DNA of 64,000 nt from Octopus vulgaris. Taxonomy: Eukaryota. Position 1 is the stretch's first letter. The number at the start of each line of letters is the position of its first letter. Made by a program: the position numbers and the translations under genes. The stretch is taken from NCBI GenBank assembly GCA_951406725.2, contig OX597836.1, positions 1,736,001-1,800,000 on the forward strand. The letters run 5' to 3'. The notes beneath the pieces were generated by a model that was not told where the DNA came from, did no database searches, and saw only the letters and a list, made by a program, of their open reading frames with translations. Of this stretch, positions 29,270 through 42,580 are shown piece by piece.

Positions 29270-29705
29270 TCCTGTCGTTGTTTTCCTTGTCTTTCTGTCT
29301 ATTTTGATTAGTTTATTTAGAGGCCAGGTAAGGATATTGTAGCTGTAACTTACAACTCTCATCAAGTGAGCTACCACTGCTCCTTTCCTCTGCTATAAGA
29401 TTACTCTCATTATTAAGGACTGTATTTTCATTCTTTTCTATGCTGTAATTGTCCATGATCCGTCTTTTGATAGCTTCGAGCTCTACTTCTGTGAAGCAAC
29501 ATTGCTTCTTATTGCTCTAGCTTGAGCACATAGTCTCTGCTCCGTGAGTTGAAACAATATCTTTTCTCTCCAATGAACAGACATACGTTGTCGGTAACAC
29601 CTAATTTGAGCACCATTTTCATCTACCGGGTTGCTCATGTAGTAATACTCCATGACCACAGCATTAATTTATTTGCTCCATCTAAGCCGTGTGTGGTGGT
29701 CCCTT
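29270..29705 (-). mobile_element. Internally deleted R4/Dong-clade fragment: N-terminal Myb-like domain fused to the thumb region
   Basis: RLRWSK*INAVVMEYYYMSNP...YRQRMSVHWREK..FQLTEQRLCAQARAIRSN/FTEVELEAIKRRI, then VVSYSYNILTWPLNKLIKIDRKTRK. Confidence 0.85.
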
Positions 29706-29714
29706 TCTGAATAT

Positions 29715-29746
29715 ATTATTATCATCATTATTATTATTATTATTAC

Positions 29747-29813
<67 letters not shown>
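29715..29813. repeat. (ATT)n microsatellite
   Basis: Direct reading. Confidence 0.97.
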
Positions 29814-30294
29814 GAGTGAGAGAGCAGTTCATGCCATCAAAGTGACACTGGGGTAAAATATACGAAGCCCAATATACCCATCATGACTACCCGTCTGATA
29901 AAGGTACACCAGGCACATGCATCACAACCATATGTGCGCGATATGGTGATCTCATATCAAGATAAACAGCACATGACCTTGCAGGTGGGGCCCAGTTAGA
30001 ATTTTCTTCAGGTTGAGTAGCCCATCCCGCTCAAACGGTCTCTGAATAAGGTTTATTTAAGGATGTTGAAAGAACCACCCATGTTTCCAGAGGTGAATTA
30101 TTCAAACCCCAAAGAATCCCTCTCAACACATGGCTATGATGCTCCCCCACTACTTCTGCTCGTGATCAGATATGCACATATCGTCAGCCACTAAGGGACA
30201 TGCTCAACTGGTTAAGGTCAAACAACTGACAAGCAAATCTGTGGTATTGAGCAGAATATTTGCTGTAGCCCATCTTTTGAGCAGAATATTTGCT

Positions 30295-30297
<3 letters not shown>
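29814..30297. mobile_element. Non-coding insertion flanked on both sides by (ATT)n; probable non-LTR 3' end or non-autonomous derivative
   Basis: Sharp boundaries against ATT runs; 21-bp terminal direct duplication. Confidence 0.6.
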
Positions 30298-30326
<29 letters not shown>

Positions 30327-30344
30327 TTCTTTATTAATCTTATT

Positions 30345-30472
30345 CCACCAAGCTCGACTTCGCCTGCCGTCACTCTATAGTACATAAATTAAGTACCAGT
30401 TGTGCATTGGGGTTGATGTCATCGGCCAGCCCACTCACTAAAATCTTCGAGTTTTTTGCTTGCAGCAGAAAT
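30345..30472 (+). mobile_element. SINE family B fragment
   Basis: ataaattaagtaccagttgtgcattggggttgatg matches the 52770 copy. Confidence 0.7.
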
Positions 30473-31230
30473 TATTATTATTATTGTTGTTGTTTGTGTT
30501 GTTGCTATTTTTGTTTCTGTTGTTTTCCATTTTGTTGTAGTTTTCACTTCACTTTCATTTCTCCACCTATGACAATGTTGAATTTTCTCAGTCTAGACAT
30601 TTTTAACACATGCTTAGTCGCTAAATTTGGCCGAATCACAGACTTGCAATTTCCCACACCTTTGACACTGTACCTGCCATTTCACATGTCTATGCAAAAA
30701 TATATATCACAAACTTATATAATACTATATGCTTATATATATTTTGGTTTTACTAAGATAAGTTTTATTACATTTCTTTTGAGAAATATACCTGAGTAAC
30801 CATTGCTCGTCTCGTAACTAGAGTCACGTACCAGCTTCTCCACAAGTCTGCGTGCCTGTCAGAATAATTCCTAAAATTTCTTCTAAAAATTGTATTTGTC
30901 TTCGGTATGCAAATGTAATTTTTCTAAGAAATAGCTCACTAATGTTAATTTTCAAAGCTTTATAATTCCACTGATTTCGTTCCAGAAGCCAAGATTCGAA
31001 TTTAACAGCAACCAGCCAAATACCATTTGAAGCTAGCAGCCAATTTCTGATGACCTGCTAGGTTTTGCGTAACTCACATATAAAGCATGTTATCTAACAA
31101 CGAACTAATTACCAAGTATTTTTCTACAAGTATTGTCAGCCATTTTCCTTTCAGTATTATTGATCGTTGACCCTCTAAGTTCTGCAGCATTTTGTAATTT
31201 TTTTTTTACATTATATGAAGGTACTGGTAA

Positions 31231-31300
<70 letters not shown>

Positions 31301-31302
31301 TA

Positions 31303-31334
<32 letters not shown>

Positions 31335-31391
31335 GTGTGTGTATGTGTGTGTGTGTATGTGTCTGTGTGTGTGTGTATGTGTGTGTGTATA

Positions 31392-31528
31392 CGAGGAGCG
31401 TCTTTCAGTTTCCGTTTAGCAAATCCATTCACAAGGCTATAGCAGAAGACACTTGCCCAAGATGCTACTCATTGGGACTGAACCAGGAACCATGTGGTTG
31501 GTAAGCAAGCTACTTACAACACAGCCTC
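31392..31528 (-). mobile_element. SINE family A, 5' half
   Basis: tctttcagtttccg...gacacttgcccaag...accatgtggttggtaagcaagctact. Confidence 0.88.
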
Positions 31529-31626
31529 ATATGTATTTTCATATATATATATACTTATATATATATATACATATATATATATTACTCTTTTACTATATAT
31601 ATATACATACATATATATATATATAC

Positions 31627-31689
<63 letters not shown>

Positions 31690-33149
31690 CATATACATAT
31701 ATATATATATATATATATGCATATATATATATATACTTATATATATAATGTATATACATATGTAAATACACCCCCCGACACACACATATAACACGTATTC
31801 ATATTTAGGTTTTTGTTCAATGTGTTATAACAATTTGATTTATAACTTCGTATCCTGTAATTGTATTATCATTGTTTCCTCGTTTCTGTGACGCACGTAA
31901 GGAATGGCTGTCGCTTTCTGCTGTTCGGAATCTAAACATTCAAACATATTTTTCAATTCTTAGTTTCTTTTTGCAACCGCAGAATACGTTCGTTTGATTT
32001 GTTGTTTTAGACTCATAATCTTCGAGAAATTCTCTGCATTATTTAAGTATTTTATAGAGATACGTTGTATTTTCGGGATTTGTTGTCAGTTTATAAATCG
32101 TGTTAATTCGGGAAAAAGAAAATTAAGAATAGAATTTCAAAAAAGAAACAGAACGAACAGCGATTCCAGTGGAACGTGTTCTGACAATGTGGATTGCGAA
32201 TTTCAATAAAATGCGCATTGGCTTTAAATGAAATGACAATCAAACGAAGGCTGTCAATCTGTTTGCAGTAATCTAAAGAAAGCAGAAAGAAAGAAACGGA
32301 AATAACATGGAAACTAACGAAATATTTTCGAGTTTTGAATGGTTCGGTAGTTTTGGAGCCTGTTCGAGAATCCATATCGTGTTTTTGTTTAGAGAGTACA
32401 AGTACAGAATTTGGTACAGCAAACAGATATCCTGCAGAAAGGAAAAACAACTGTTTGTAGAAAGTGGTGGTTCGTCTTGTGATAAGAATTAAAACTTAAG
32501 GAATCGAATATATTTTGGAAACGAATCTGTAGAAAATGAAAATTACATCAAGAGTTCAGTTCGGTAAATGGTTGTGTAATGCTTTTAGTCGCTAAGTATA
32601 ATGTTGGGGATTTATTCATCAAATGATTCACTTGTTCTTTAGGAGACCTGCAAGATGTCTTAAGCAGATAATTGAAAACAGAAAAGAAAAGAAGAAAAAA
32701 GGTCGGGCTAGGTTAAAACATAAATATTTGAAAATTGGTTCAAGAATTGTTTCCGTCCTGAGGAGAAAAGTCTTTAAAATTACTCCCTAAATCTTTAAGA
32801 ATTCCAGGGCGATGTTCCAGGTAAGACAAATGAACTTGGGGAAATGCCAAAACTTTAAGGTTCTAGCTTAACCATTGAATACAACATGGTTATCTAGCAA
32901 CGTTCAAGGCCAACTGATTGAAGCAAAAACTTTGCCTGATTCATTTGAAAAAAAAAATGGAAGGAGAAAACAGTCTCAAATACATTTGGAAGTACTTTGA
33001 AACGCGTATACACACGTTCACACCGAAGTATACATATATACACACACTATACACACATACATACATACATACATACATACATACATACATACATACATAC
33101 ATACATACATACATACATACATACATACAAGTATATTGTAAAATATTCC

Positions 33150-33338
33150 GTTCTACTCTAGGCGCAATGCCCGAAATTTTGGGGAAAGAGGTCACTCGAC
33201 CCCAGTACTTAAATTATCCACCCCAAAGGATGAAATGCAAAGTTGACCTCGGCGGAATTTGAGCTCAGAAAGTAAAGATAGATGAAATACCGCTATGCAT
33301 TTCGTCCGGCGTGCTAACGTTTCTGCCAGTTCGCCGCC
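33150..33338 (-). mobile_element. SINE family B (Meta/MESC-like central domain)
   Basis: Reverse complement of ggcggcgaactggcagaaacgttagcacgccgg...ccgccgaggtcaactttgcatttcatcc. Confidence 0.88.
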
Positions 33339-35259
33339 TTGTATACTGTAAAATATTAATGATGCGAAGCGTGAGGGGATATCACGCAAAAGTGGGAGCA
33401 GCTTTTAAGGATATAATTTCCGACGGCGGAGCAGAAAATAACAGTGACAGATTCAGTGGTGGAGTTACAAGGAAGAGAACAGAAATTATGTAATGTGGTT
33501 TATGACAGAGAATGTGTGGAATGGATGACAGTAATATCAGGCAGCAGGCCGTGTGATGGAGACCGCGATGGGGATGAGAGTTTAAGTGTAGAGGACGCTG
33601 GGATGTAGAATGAAAGAATTGTCAATGAAAGTATTCCATGCTATGTTTAGGAGGAGGAGGAGGAGGATGGAAACGAATTCATTTGTATTGTGTGTGTACG
33701 TGCGTGCCAGTGTGTGCGACTGAGTGTGCTTGTGTGTGTGTGAGAGCGAGAGAGAGAGAGACTGATGCAAGCCATAAAACGAGCTGAACATCCTCTTCCT
33801 TGTTATAATGGCATCATACAAATAAATAAATGAAGATCTACAGAAATACACTCGTATAATACATATACAGTTACCCCCCCCACACACACACATAAATGCA
33901 AATACCCACATTCACTGAGAAACAAACACACATATACACACACATATAGAATTGAAAGGCAGCATAACTCTGGTTGATCTTTGTATGTAACTGAAATCAA
34001 ACTCCCTCCCACCCCGGGGTGTTATAAATTTTTTGGATTCTTAATTCCGGAATTCTGTTACTTTCGATTCATAACAAGTCATTATTTATTCTTCGGTCAT
34101 TTCGTTCCATTCCAATTTTGATTTCAATGGATATATATTATGGTATGTTAAGTGGCACTTTCATTATTTTTCACCTATAAAGCCTAATTGATTGTTAGAA
34201 AGCATTCAGTTAGTATTTTGCTCCCCAAATCACTGATTTGCTGTTGAAAAACGATTTCACAATTAAAATGTTTATATCGTGTTTTAAAAAACACAACAAA
34301 TCAATGTTTACATAAGCGAGGTTTATGAAAAACAAACCAGAATTCATTTTAAAATTAATTTAGCAACAATTTAATTACTCCACTCTAATTCAAATAATTC
34401 TCTTTATTTTCAGTACATCAATCTCATCTTTCATTTTTTTAATAAATTTTCGAAAATTTCAGGGAAGACACTTTCAAGATTTTGAAACGTTATAGCAAAT
34501 TTTGTTTGAGTTCTTCCATTATCTAAAACTGACGACCTTCCCGACTTACAGCTGCGCCAAAATGTTGCTGCTAAAATTTACGCACAAACCGGTGCGTTGT
34601 CGCTGTGTGCTATCCAGGTTTTCTCTGCGCATGCTTATTCGCCAAGTCTGTTCCTTCTCGTTGCTTCCCTTGAACGCCTTCAGACATCCAAGTCACACCA
34701 CCATTATATATGAACGCCTCTGACATCCTTTCGTTTCAATCGCGGGGCTGATCATCTAAACCACTGCATTGGGTGCCACTTTGTTTCCATGGTTTACACG
34801 TACACACATGCTTTGACTCGTACTATTTAACTCGTGTTAATGATTTGAGCGTCAAAACAACTCATCATTAACTCCTATTAGATTCATTACAAGTTCACTT
34901 ACCAGCAGACGTGGCGCAAATTACGCGCATCAAGAGGCATGATCAAATTTTGCTTGAAAACCAATATAAAGGGAACGTTCATAGATACTTCATGGATTTT
35001 CATGCGTCAACTGTCAAGAATAACTGCAAGTTCTGTGGCAATGTGATCGCAATGTTGTCTTTGTATGTCCGCAAGTTTTGAAATGATATCTCGTGGCTTT
35101 ATTCCGTGGATTTGAAATCTTTGTACGAAACAAGCCATAGACATAAAACGAAGCACACACACACGACAAGAAGATGCACTCTCACACACTCACACAAACA
35201 CATAGACGCAAACAAAATATATATGTAAAACTACATATGTTTATATAACTATATGCATC

Positions 35260-35555
35260 ACGGCTCTCCGTCGTTTACGACGATGAGGGTTCCAGTTGAT
35301 CTGACCAACGGCAAAAGCCTGCTCGTGAAATTAACATGCGAGTGGCTGAGAACTCCTCAGACACACATACCCTCAACTTAGTTCTGAGAGGGATACAGTT
35401 TGACACAGAATATGACAAGGCTGGCCCCCCTTGAATTACAGGTGCTGTTCCTATTTGCCAGCTGAGTGGACTGAGGCAGCGAGAAATAAAGTGTCCTACT
35501 CAAGGACGCAAATAACCACGCGGTATCGAACTCCAGGATACCATTTAGTCAATGC
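35260..35555 (-). mobile_element. SINE family C
   Basis: Colinear with 4512-4817. Confidence 0.85.
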
Positions 35556-35807
35556 CTTCAAAACATATTCATACATACGTATGCATACATACATACATAC
35601 ATACATACATACATACATACATACATACATACATACATACATACATGCATGCATACATACGTATACATACATATATACATATTTACCTACATACATATAT
35701 TTACATACACACACATCATACCTAAACAGACATATTTATTTACACACATCACACATAGAAATATATATGTATGTAAGTATGTATGTATATATATGTATAT
35801 TCGCCAT

Positions 35808-35996
35808 GATAGATCGTTAGTCACTACACATTCTTTATTGTCTCTCCTTGTTTCTTTCTGTGTTCCTTTCTGTGGAAGAGCATAGGCTTGAAACGTTAAA
35901 GACTTTTTCACTTCCTGAGTGTTAAACTACTACATCTGTTTGTTGTCTACACCACCTGTATTCGTCTTATATATATATTTTTTGTGAATTTTCCCT
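35808..35996 (+). mobile_element. Short element among AT-rich repeats with a degenerate hammerhead-like motif
   Basis: CTTT-CTGTGGA-AGAGCATAGGCTT-GAAA-CGTT-AAAG at 35866-35901; ends ttttccc followed by (TA)n. Confidence 0.5.
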
Positions 35997-36073
35997 ATAT
36001 ATATGTATATGTAAATAAATATGAATGTCTATTTATAGAGACACATACGCAGCCACAGTCACCTAAATGTATA

Positions 36074-36876
36074 CAAATGGTGCGTAAAATAATGGAAACA
36101 AAATTTTCATCTTAATTTTCGTTTCTACAATCTTTATGTCAACTTTAATCTTTCTTGTCTGTATTTATACGTTCCTATTTATTGTGTGAGCATTATACTT
36201 CATGTTATATACCTGTATTTGTTTTCTTTTCCATTTAATTATATTTGAATACACTAAAATGCGTGATGCATCTGATTTCTAAAGAGGATAAATGAATGGA
36301 GCGCTGACAGTAGGAGCTTTAATCAGGAAAACCGCTGAATTATTTAGCATTTCGAGAGGTGCATTCTGTTTCAATCATGCTTGCCTTTCAGAACCAAGGT
36401 AAATCCAGCTCTGGCAAGGTTAATCCATGCTGGGATCCAAAACTCAAAGAGGGAGCGAGCAGCTGAAAAGTGAAATATATTGTGACAAAAGCATTAGATT
36501 GCAAAAGTGATAGTAAGCGCTGTGCCACAACCAGGCCAAAATTTTGTCAATCAGAACGGTTTGGTGTGAGCTCCATTAAACTGTTAATTATGGGAAGGCT
36601 AAACCTTTCCTCTCGCCGATCAATATTGATATAAAGAGAAAAAATCATGACGTTTAAGCTATCAGAAATTGTCAGAAATTTCATGGAAAAACATCATCTC
36701 TGACAAACTACCATTCATCCGGTTTTCTCAATTCGGAATACGTTTATTTTTGCAGAAAAAATCAAATGTTTGGCTTTTTGATCCTGAAACTTGAAGGTGG
36801 CTTGAAACAATTGTGCTATTAAATTCGTAAACTTCTATTTCAAACGGTGCTTCCATTATTTTCACTAACACCAACA
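36074..36876 (+). mobile_element. Decayed, internally deleted Tc1 transposon
   Basis: From ATG 36259: MRDASDF*RG*MNGA..GALIRKTAELFSISRG/VSIMLAFQNQGKSSSGKVN..PKL (Tc1 helix-turn-helix), WKNII-SDKLPF (cf. WKNVIWSDES); inverted-repeat core aaaataatggaa at both ends with TA flanks. Confidence 0.8.
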
Positions 36877-37576
36877 TATTCTCAAATATATTTTCACATG
36901 ACTGAAATAAAATATATGGCACGTGTTGCTTTCCGTTGCGACCTCAAACACTGAATGCGTGGGTCATTTTCAATCTTGGGTTGGCCAAGTCCAGGTGTAA
37001 TTATAAAAAGACACAGGTAGATAAATAGATAAAGTGTAAAGAGAGAGAGAGAAAGAGGGGGGAGATAGAGAGAAACAGGCTGATGGAGACAGAGAAAAAT
37101 TGAAGGCTCGCCTCCAGAATGATATTTTATCTATGGAAAGTAAAGTCGGTGCTAATTGAACTAAGAATGTAGACATCGAAAACGAACACGGAAATACCGT
37201 TTAATACAGGCTCAGAGATATCTATGCACACACAAATGCACAGATACAGACAGATACACACAAAAACACAAATACACACAGATACTCACTTTTTCGGGCA
37301 CACATACTTACTATCATGCACACACATTCCGATATGAGAGCGTATGTCTTTATGGATATATTTTATATACACAAATGATAATGATGATATTCAGCATTTA
37401 TCCATCCATATAATAATAAACATATGTGTGCAAGAGTGTGTATATATATATGTATGCGTGTGCGTATTCGTATGTTTATAAATATATCAATATATATTAT
37501 ACGACTATCTGTCTGTCTCTATCTATCTATTCGTACATACATACATAGATACACACACATGTACACACATACACAC

Positions 37577-37755
<179 letters not shown>

Positions 37756-38043
37756 CATGGATGGATGGATAAAAAGAGAGACAGATATAGAAATCGAGTG
37801 AGAAAGAGAGAAAAAAGAGAGTGAGAGAGGGGTATAGAGAGTCGGAAAGAGGAAGAGAGAGAAATATATTGTATATCTCTCCATAGATATCAAGATAAAT
37901 GTGCTGAGCATGCTTGTGTGGTATGTTGATATTCTTTATCAAGTGTTTCTCAGATGTGTGCATTTCACATATACACACAACAATCAGCTTGGCGCTCACC
38001 TGCTTCCTGCCATCGTGCTACATACATCTACTTACACACTTAC

Positions 38044-38092
<49 letters not shown>

Positions 38093-39073
38093 CATGCATG
38101 TGTGTATATATATATATATATATATACATAATACATATACATATTTGTATATATGTATACATGCATATATATATATATATATGCATACATATATATACTT
38201 ATATATATATATGCATACATGTATATATATATACATATATACATATATATATATACATGCATACATATATATATACATATATATATATATACATAAATAT
38301 ATACATACATACATAGATACATACATATATACATATATATATGTTTGTGTATAAATATATATAGGTATGCATATGTATATATATATAAGTAGATATATAT
38401 ATGTGTGTGTGATGGGTGTGTGCGTGTGTGTGATTGTGAGTGCGTGTATTGTGTGTATGGATATTGCAGCATATGTGCTTCTATATGTATGTGAAATATT
38501 GAATATTCTTGTTCTTGATGTGCTTGCCAGCTTTTTAATATCTCGACAATATTGAATACAATAATGTGGTAACAGAAACTTCACATGTGGCAGGGTAGGG
38601 GAGATAACCTCCCTCACCACCTTAGAACATTATCTGCAACACGTGACCAGTGTTTCTACCCCTCCGCCACCGATCACATCGCCGCTCTCCTAACCTGCAA
38701 CACAAACCAGCACAACACGGCAATAAAACAAATATAATTTATACAAAAGCGGTCTTTGATCTTCGAGGCCATAAAGGTCGCCCTTAAAAGCATCTCGGTA
38801 AACAAACACCCTTCTGATCTTGTGACGACCAGCTTTAGGCTTAATGGTGGCATATAGCTGCGTGGGTATTTGTGTGTGTGTGCGCGAGCGAGTGTGTGTA
38901 CGAGTGCCCGCGCATGTATGCGAATGTGTGCGCTTACATTCATAGATATACACATATATATGAACACTTATGACAAACATTGATACGTATTCATGCGTAT
39001 GTATGCATAGACAGCAACCACATACACACAAACACACACACACACGCACAAACACACATGCACAAACACACAT

Positions 39074-39105
<32 letters not shown>

Positions 39106-39452
39106 GAAGTACACACATGAATGAATGTGTGTAAGTGTATGTATATATGTATCTATGTATGTTCTTATATAATATCAATCCATTCTCTTCTCCTTTCTCC
39201 CTATATTAATTCTGGCCCCTCCCTCCTGCTCCTCTCGCCATATATATATATATATATATATATTTATACATACATTTATACATATATATACATATAGACA
39301 TATATAGAGAGATATAGAGAGAGAATGAGAGAGAGAGAAAGATAGAGAGAGAGAGAGAAATTCATATACATATATACACACATTTGTATATAAATGTACG
39401 TACACACACACACACACATATATATATATATGTATATATATATACATATGTT

Positions 39453-39484
<32 letters not shown>

Positions 39485-40236
39485 CATATATATAAATATA
39501 CATCAAACAATTTAATTTTGTGGAGAGAATGAAAATCGAAGCAATATTTACACATACATTCAAGCATTCATACATACATGCATACAACCATACATACATA
39601 AACAGAACGTATATATTCACATACATGGAAAACATATCTCAAATACTATCACCGATACATACAAGTGAATGCATCCATACACACATATATACACTCCTAT
39701 ACATGCATGTCTATAAAACGTTAAATGTACGTGATGTGTAAGTGAAATTTTTAATGGCTGTGAGAATTGCATATCGTGTCTTTGCCCTGTTTTGTGTTTG
39801 TGTGTGTCGCTTTGCCTGTGCAGTTCTGCCATTTTATGTATTAAACGAAAGGGTCACCTTCTTTTTTTTTCTAATTATTATCACTATTGTTGCTGTTGTT
39901 GTTGATAACGCTGCTGTTGCTGCTTCTGTTGTCTTTGTTATCGTGGTTCATATTACGTTTGATCAAGTTGATGTGAGCTTCTATGACATCATAAAATAAT
40001 GTTGCTCACACACCTCCGTCTTCCCGTGGTGTGTTCAACATTATCTTATGGAGGTGTCTGTTTCTTGTATTATGTTAATGATTCTCGTATTGCATATATT
40101 CTTTATAAAATGTGTTGAGTTCTTTGGTTGGATGCTGTTTATGGTCGAGTTGCGCGCTTTGTGCTTCTTTTTGTATTTAAATGACTGGCCATTAAATAAC
40201 GTATTTTCTTTATGGGTTGCGTAATAATAAAGCTTT

Positions 40237-40444
40237 AAAATTTTGGAACAGGGGCAGTGGTTCGAGCACGGAGAGGTAAGTCGATGTCCTCGACCCCAGT
40301 GCTCCATTGGTATTTATTTCATCGACCCGGAAAGGATAAATTACAAAGTCGACGTCTGCAGCATTTGAACTCAGAACTTAAAGAAGGACGAAATACCGCA
40401 AAGCATTTTGTCCGGCGTGCTAACGATTCTGCCAGCTCGTCGCC
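40237..40444 (-). mobile_element. SINE family B
   Basis: Colinear with 33150-33338. Confidence 0.88.
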
Positions 40445-40552
40445 TTAGATTTTCTTATAAGGAAAATATGTGAAAAATATGAGATATACCAGTTATTTTA
40501 AGTTATACTGGTGTACGAGAAGATGCTGGAAAGTTCCAGGCTTAGCTTTCCG

Positions 40553-40731
40553 AATTATAAACTTTTGATATCACGACAAATTGTTTCGTAAATTATTTTG
40601 AAAAAAAATTCACATTTTACATTAATGCAGGCTTGTAAGTAATTTATTTATTATTAATTATTTTTAATATAAATTATTTGCTTGCATTTATGTTACGAAA
40701 CAATTTGTCATAATATTAGAATTTACTAATT
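40553..40731. repeat. Fold-back inverted repeat
   Basis: Perfect 17-bp core 40575-40591/40693-40709 within longer imperfect arms. Confidence 0.8.
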
Positions 40732-40959
40732 GTTAATAAAATTTCATCAAAATATTTCTCCATCATTTATGACTTTAAACACTCCTTTTCATTTTCTCTC
40801 GGATCCTGCTATATATTCTATATGTTTCCTAGAATGATACATTAAGGATCATTTTTAGGAGTAATGTCAGATTACTTGAATCCACATGTTGTAACATATA
40901 TATATATATACATATGGCATAGTTACTATGAAGCATTCCGTAGAATATGATGTATGAAG

Positions 40960-41254
40960 GATCGTGGGTAAGGCCAGAACAATGTGAAGTAAATCAAGAA
41001 AGAAAAATATATGGATTTATGTAGACTTACCTTGCATTCAATATTTCGGGTTTATAACCCCATCTTCAAGAAACTTGCGAATGTTGCAGATGTGCGTGTG
41101 CGTGAGTTTGTTGATTAGATATTCGTTAATTTCTTGAGGATGGGGTCTTAATATGAAATATTGACTACAAGGTATGTCTACATAAATTCATATAAATGTG
41201 TTCTTGTGATTTGCCTTGCATTTACTTCACATTGTTCTGCCCTTCCCTACGATC
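40960..41254. repeat. Fold-back inverted repeat with arms of about 115-125 bp
   Basis: Perfect 20-bp core 40975-40994/41220-41239; arms alignable inward to 41073/41130. Confidence 0.88.
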
Positions 41255-41274
41255 TATTATACTATATATATACT

Positions 41275-41405
41275 GCCCACGTCGAATTTGCATTTTATCT
41301 ATTGAAGGTCGATCAGATGGGTACCAGTCAAGTATTGGTGTCGATGTAATCGACTAGCCTCCTTCCTTACACTTCCTGGCCTCGTGCCCCAATCCGAAAC
41401 CAATA
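41275..41405 (+). mobile_element. SINE family B fragment
   Basis: gtcgaatttgcattttatc...ggtcgatcagatgggtaccag...gtcgatgtaatcgact. Confidence 0.75.
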
Positions 41406-41472
41406 TCTATATAAATTAATTAAATATGAATGTCCACACGTATTCAAAATAAACCAATTGCTTACATTTGGG

Positions 41473-41509
<37 letters not shown>

Positions 41510-41544
41510 CATATATTTACATACACACACACACACACACACAT

Positions 41545-41583
<39 letters not shown>

Positions 41584-41691
41584 TACGTAAGGGTATAAAC
41601 CTTCATCTCTATGTATATAAGCAACTCTCTATCTCACGAATATATACATATCTGTGTATATATTTATATATATATATATCTTTACATACAT

Positions 41692-41729
<38 letters not shown>

Positions 41730-42360
41730 GTGCATATCATATATATATATATATATATATATATGTGCATATATGCGTGCGTGTGTGATGAGGGGCTGGG
41801 GGTCGCGTTTCTGTGCTCGGTTGCGTATGTATGTATGCTTGTTTTTGTTGTTCAAACCTGAAGAATTTATTGCACGTTTCTGCAAATGCAGTCAGTGAAC
41901 GAAACGCATAATTTCCTCCCTCTCTCTCACTCTCTCTATTTCCCCTCTCTCTCTTTCTCTGTCTCTCTGTCCATCTCTTTTCTTCACACACACGTGCCCG
42001 CACATGCACGCACACCCACAACAAATCCAACTTGTCCTCATCTTCCGCCATCTTCCGCCATATTCTGGAAAATGTAACAGCAGCAACAACAACAACCACA
42101 ACAGCTACAATAAGAACACCACCAACAAAAACACCAACAACAACATTCACAACCGCAGTAGCAGTAATAATCTCATACCGAAACCAATAAAATCACATAC
42201 TGAATTTTTCTGTGTTTTTTTTTTTTTTTACGTGAATAGCTTAGCGACATTGAATATAACGAGATTACGCGAGAAATCTAGAAAAAATAAAAATAAAAAT
42301 AATTGAAAATATCAAATAAAAAAAAACGCTACAAAAACAAGCAGAGAAGTAAATGTGTGG

Positions 42361-42580
42361 GCGGAAGTGAATCAGCACATTTTACAAATATTGGCATATT
42401 TGAATCTATGTAGCGTCGTCAGGTGATAAAACACGGCTTAGTAAATAGTTGCCCGATGGAATTCTACAGTTGATATCGTGGATTTTACTTAACAAAGAAA
42501 ATTACCCATTTCCATTTTGGCAAGCCATTATGTGGACAACTCCATTCCGATGTTTCAGTAGAGCGCATGCGCATGTTTGA
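42361..42580. repeat. Diverged dispersed duplicate, copy 1
   Basis: Colinear with 43668-43888. Confidence 0.7.

Noticed and set aside
32886-32898. tggttatctagc, a partial match to miR-9
   Set aside because: Only 12 nt, lacks the full seed and a hairpin
34836-34872. Hairpin gttaatga..tgag/ctca..tcattaac as a pre-miRNA
   Set aside because: Too short, and no match to conserved miRNAs I recall
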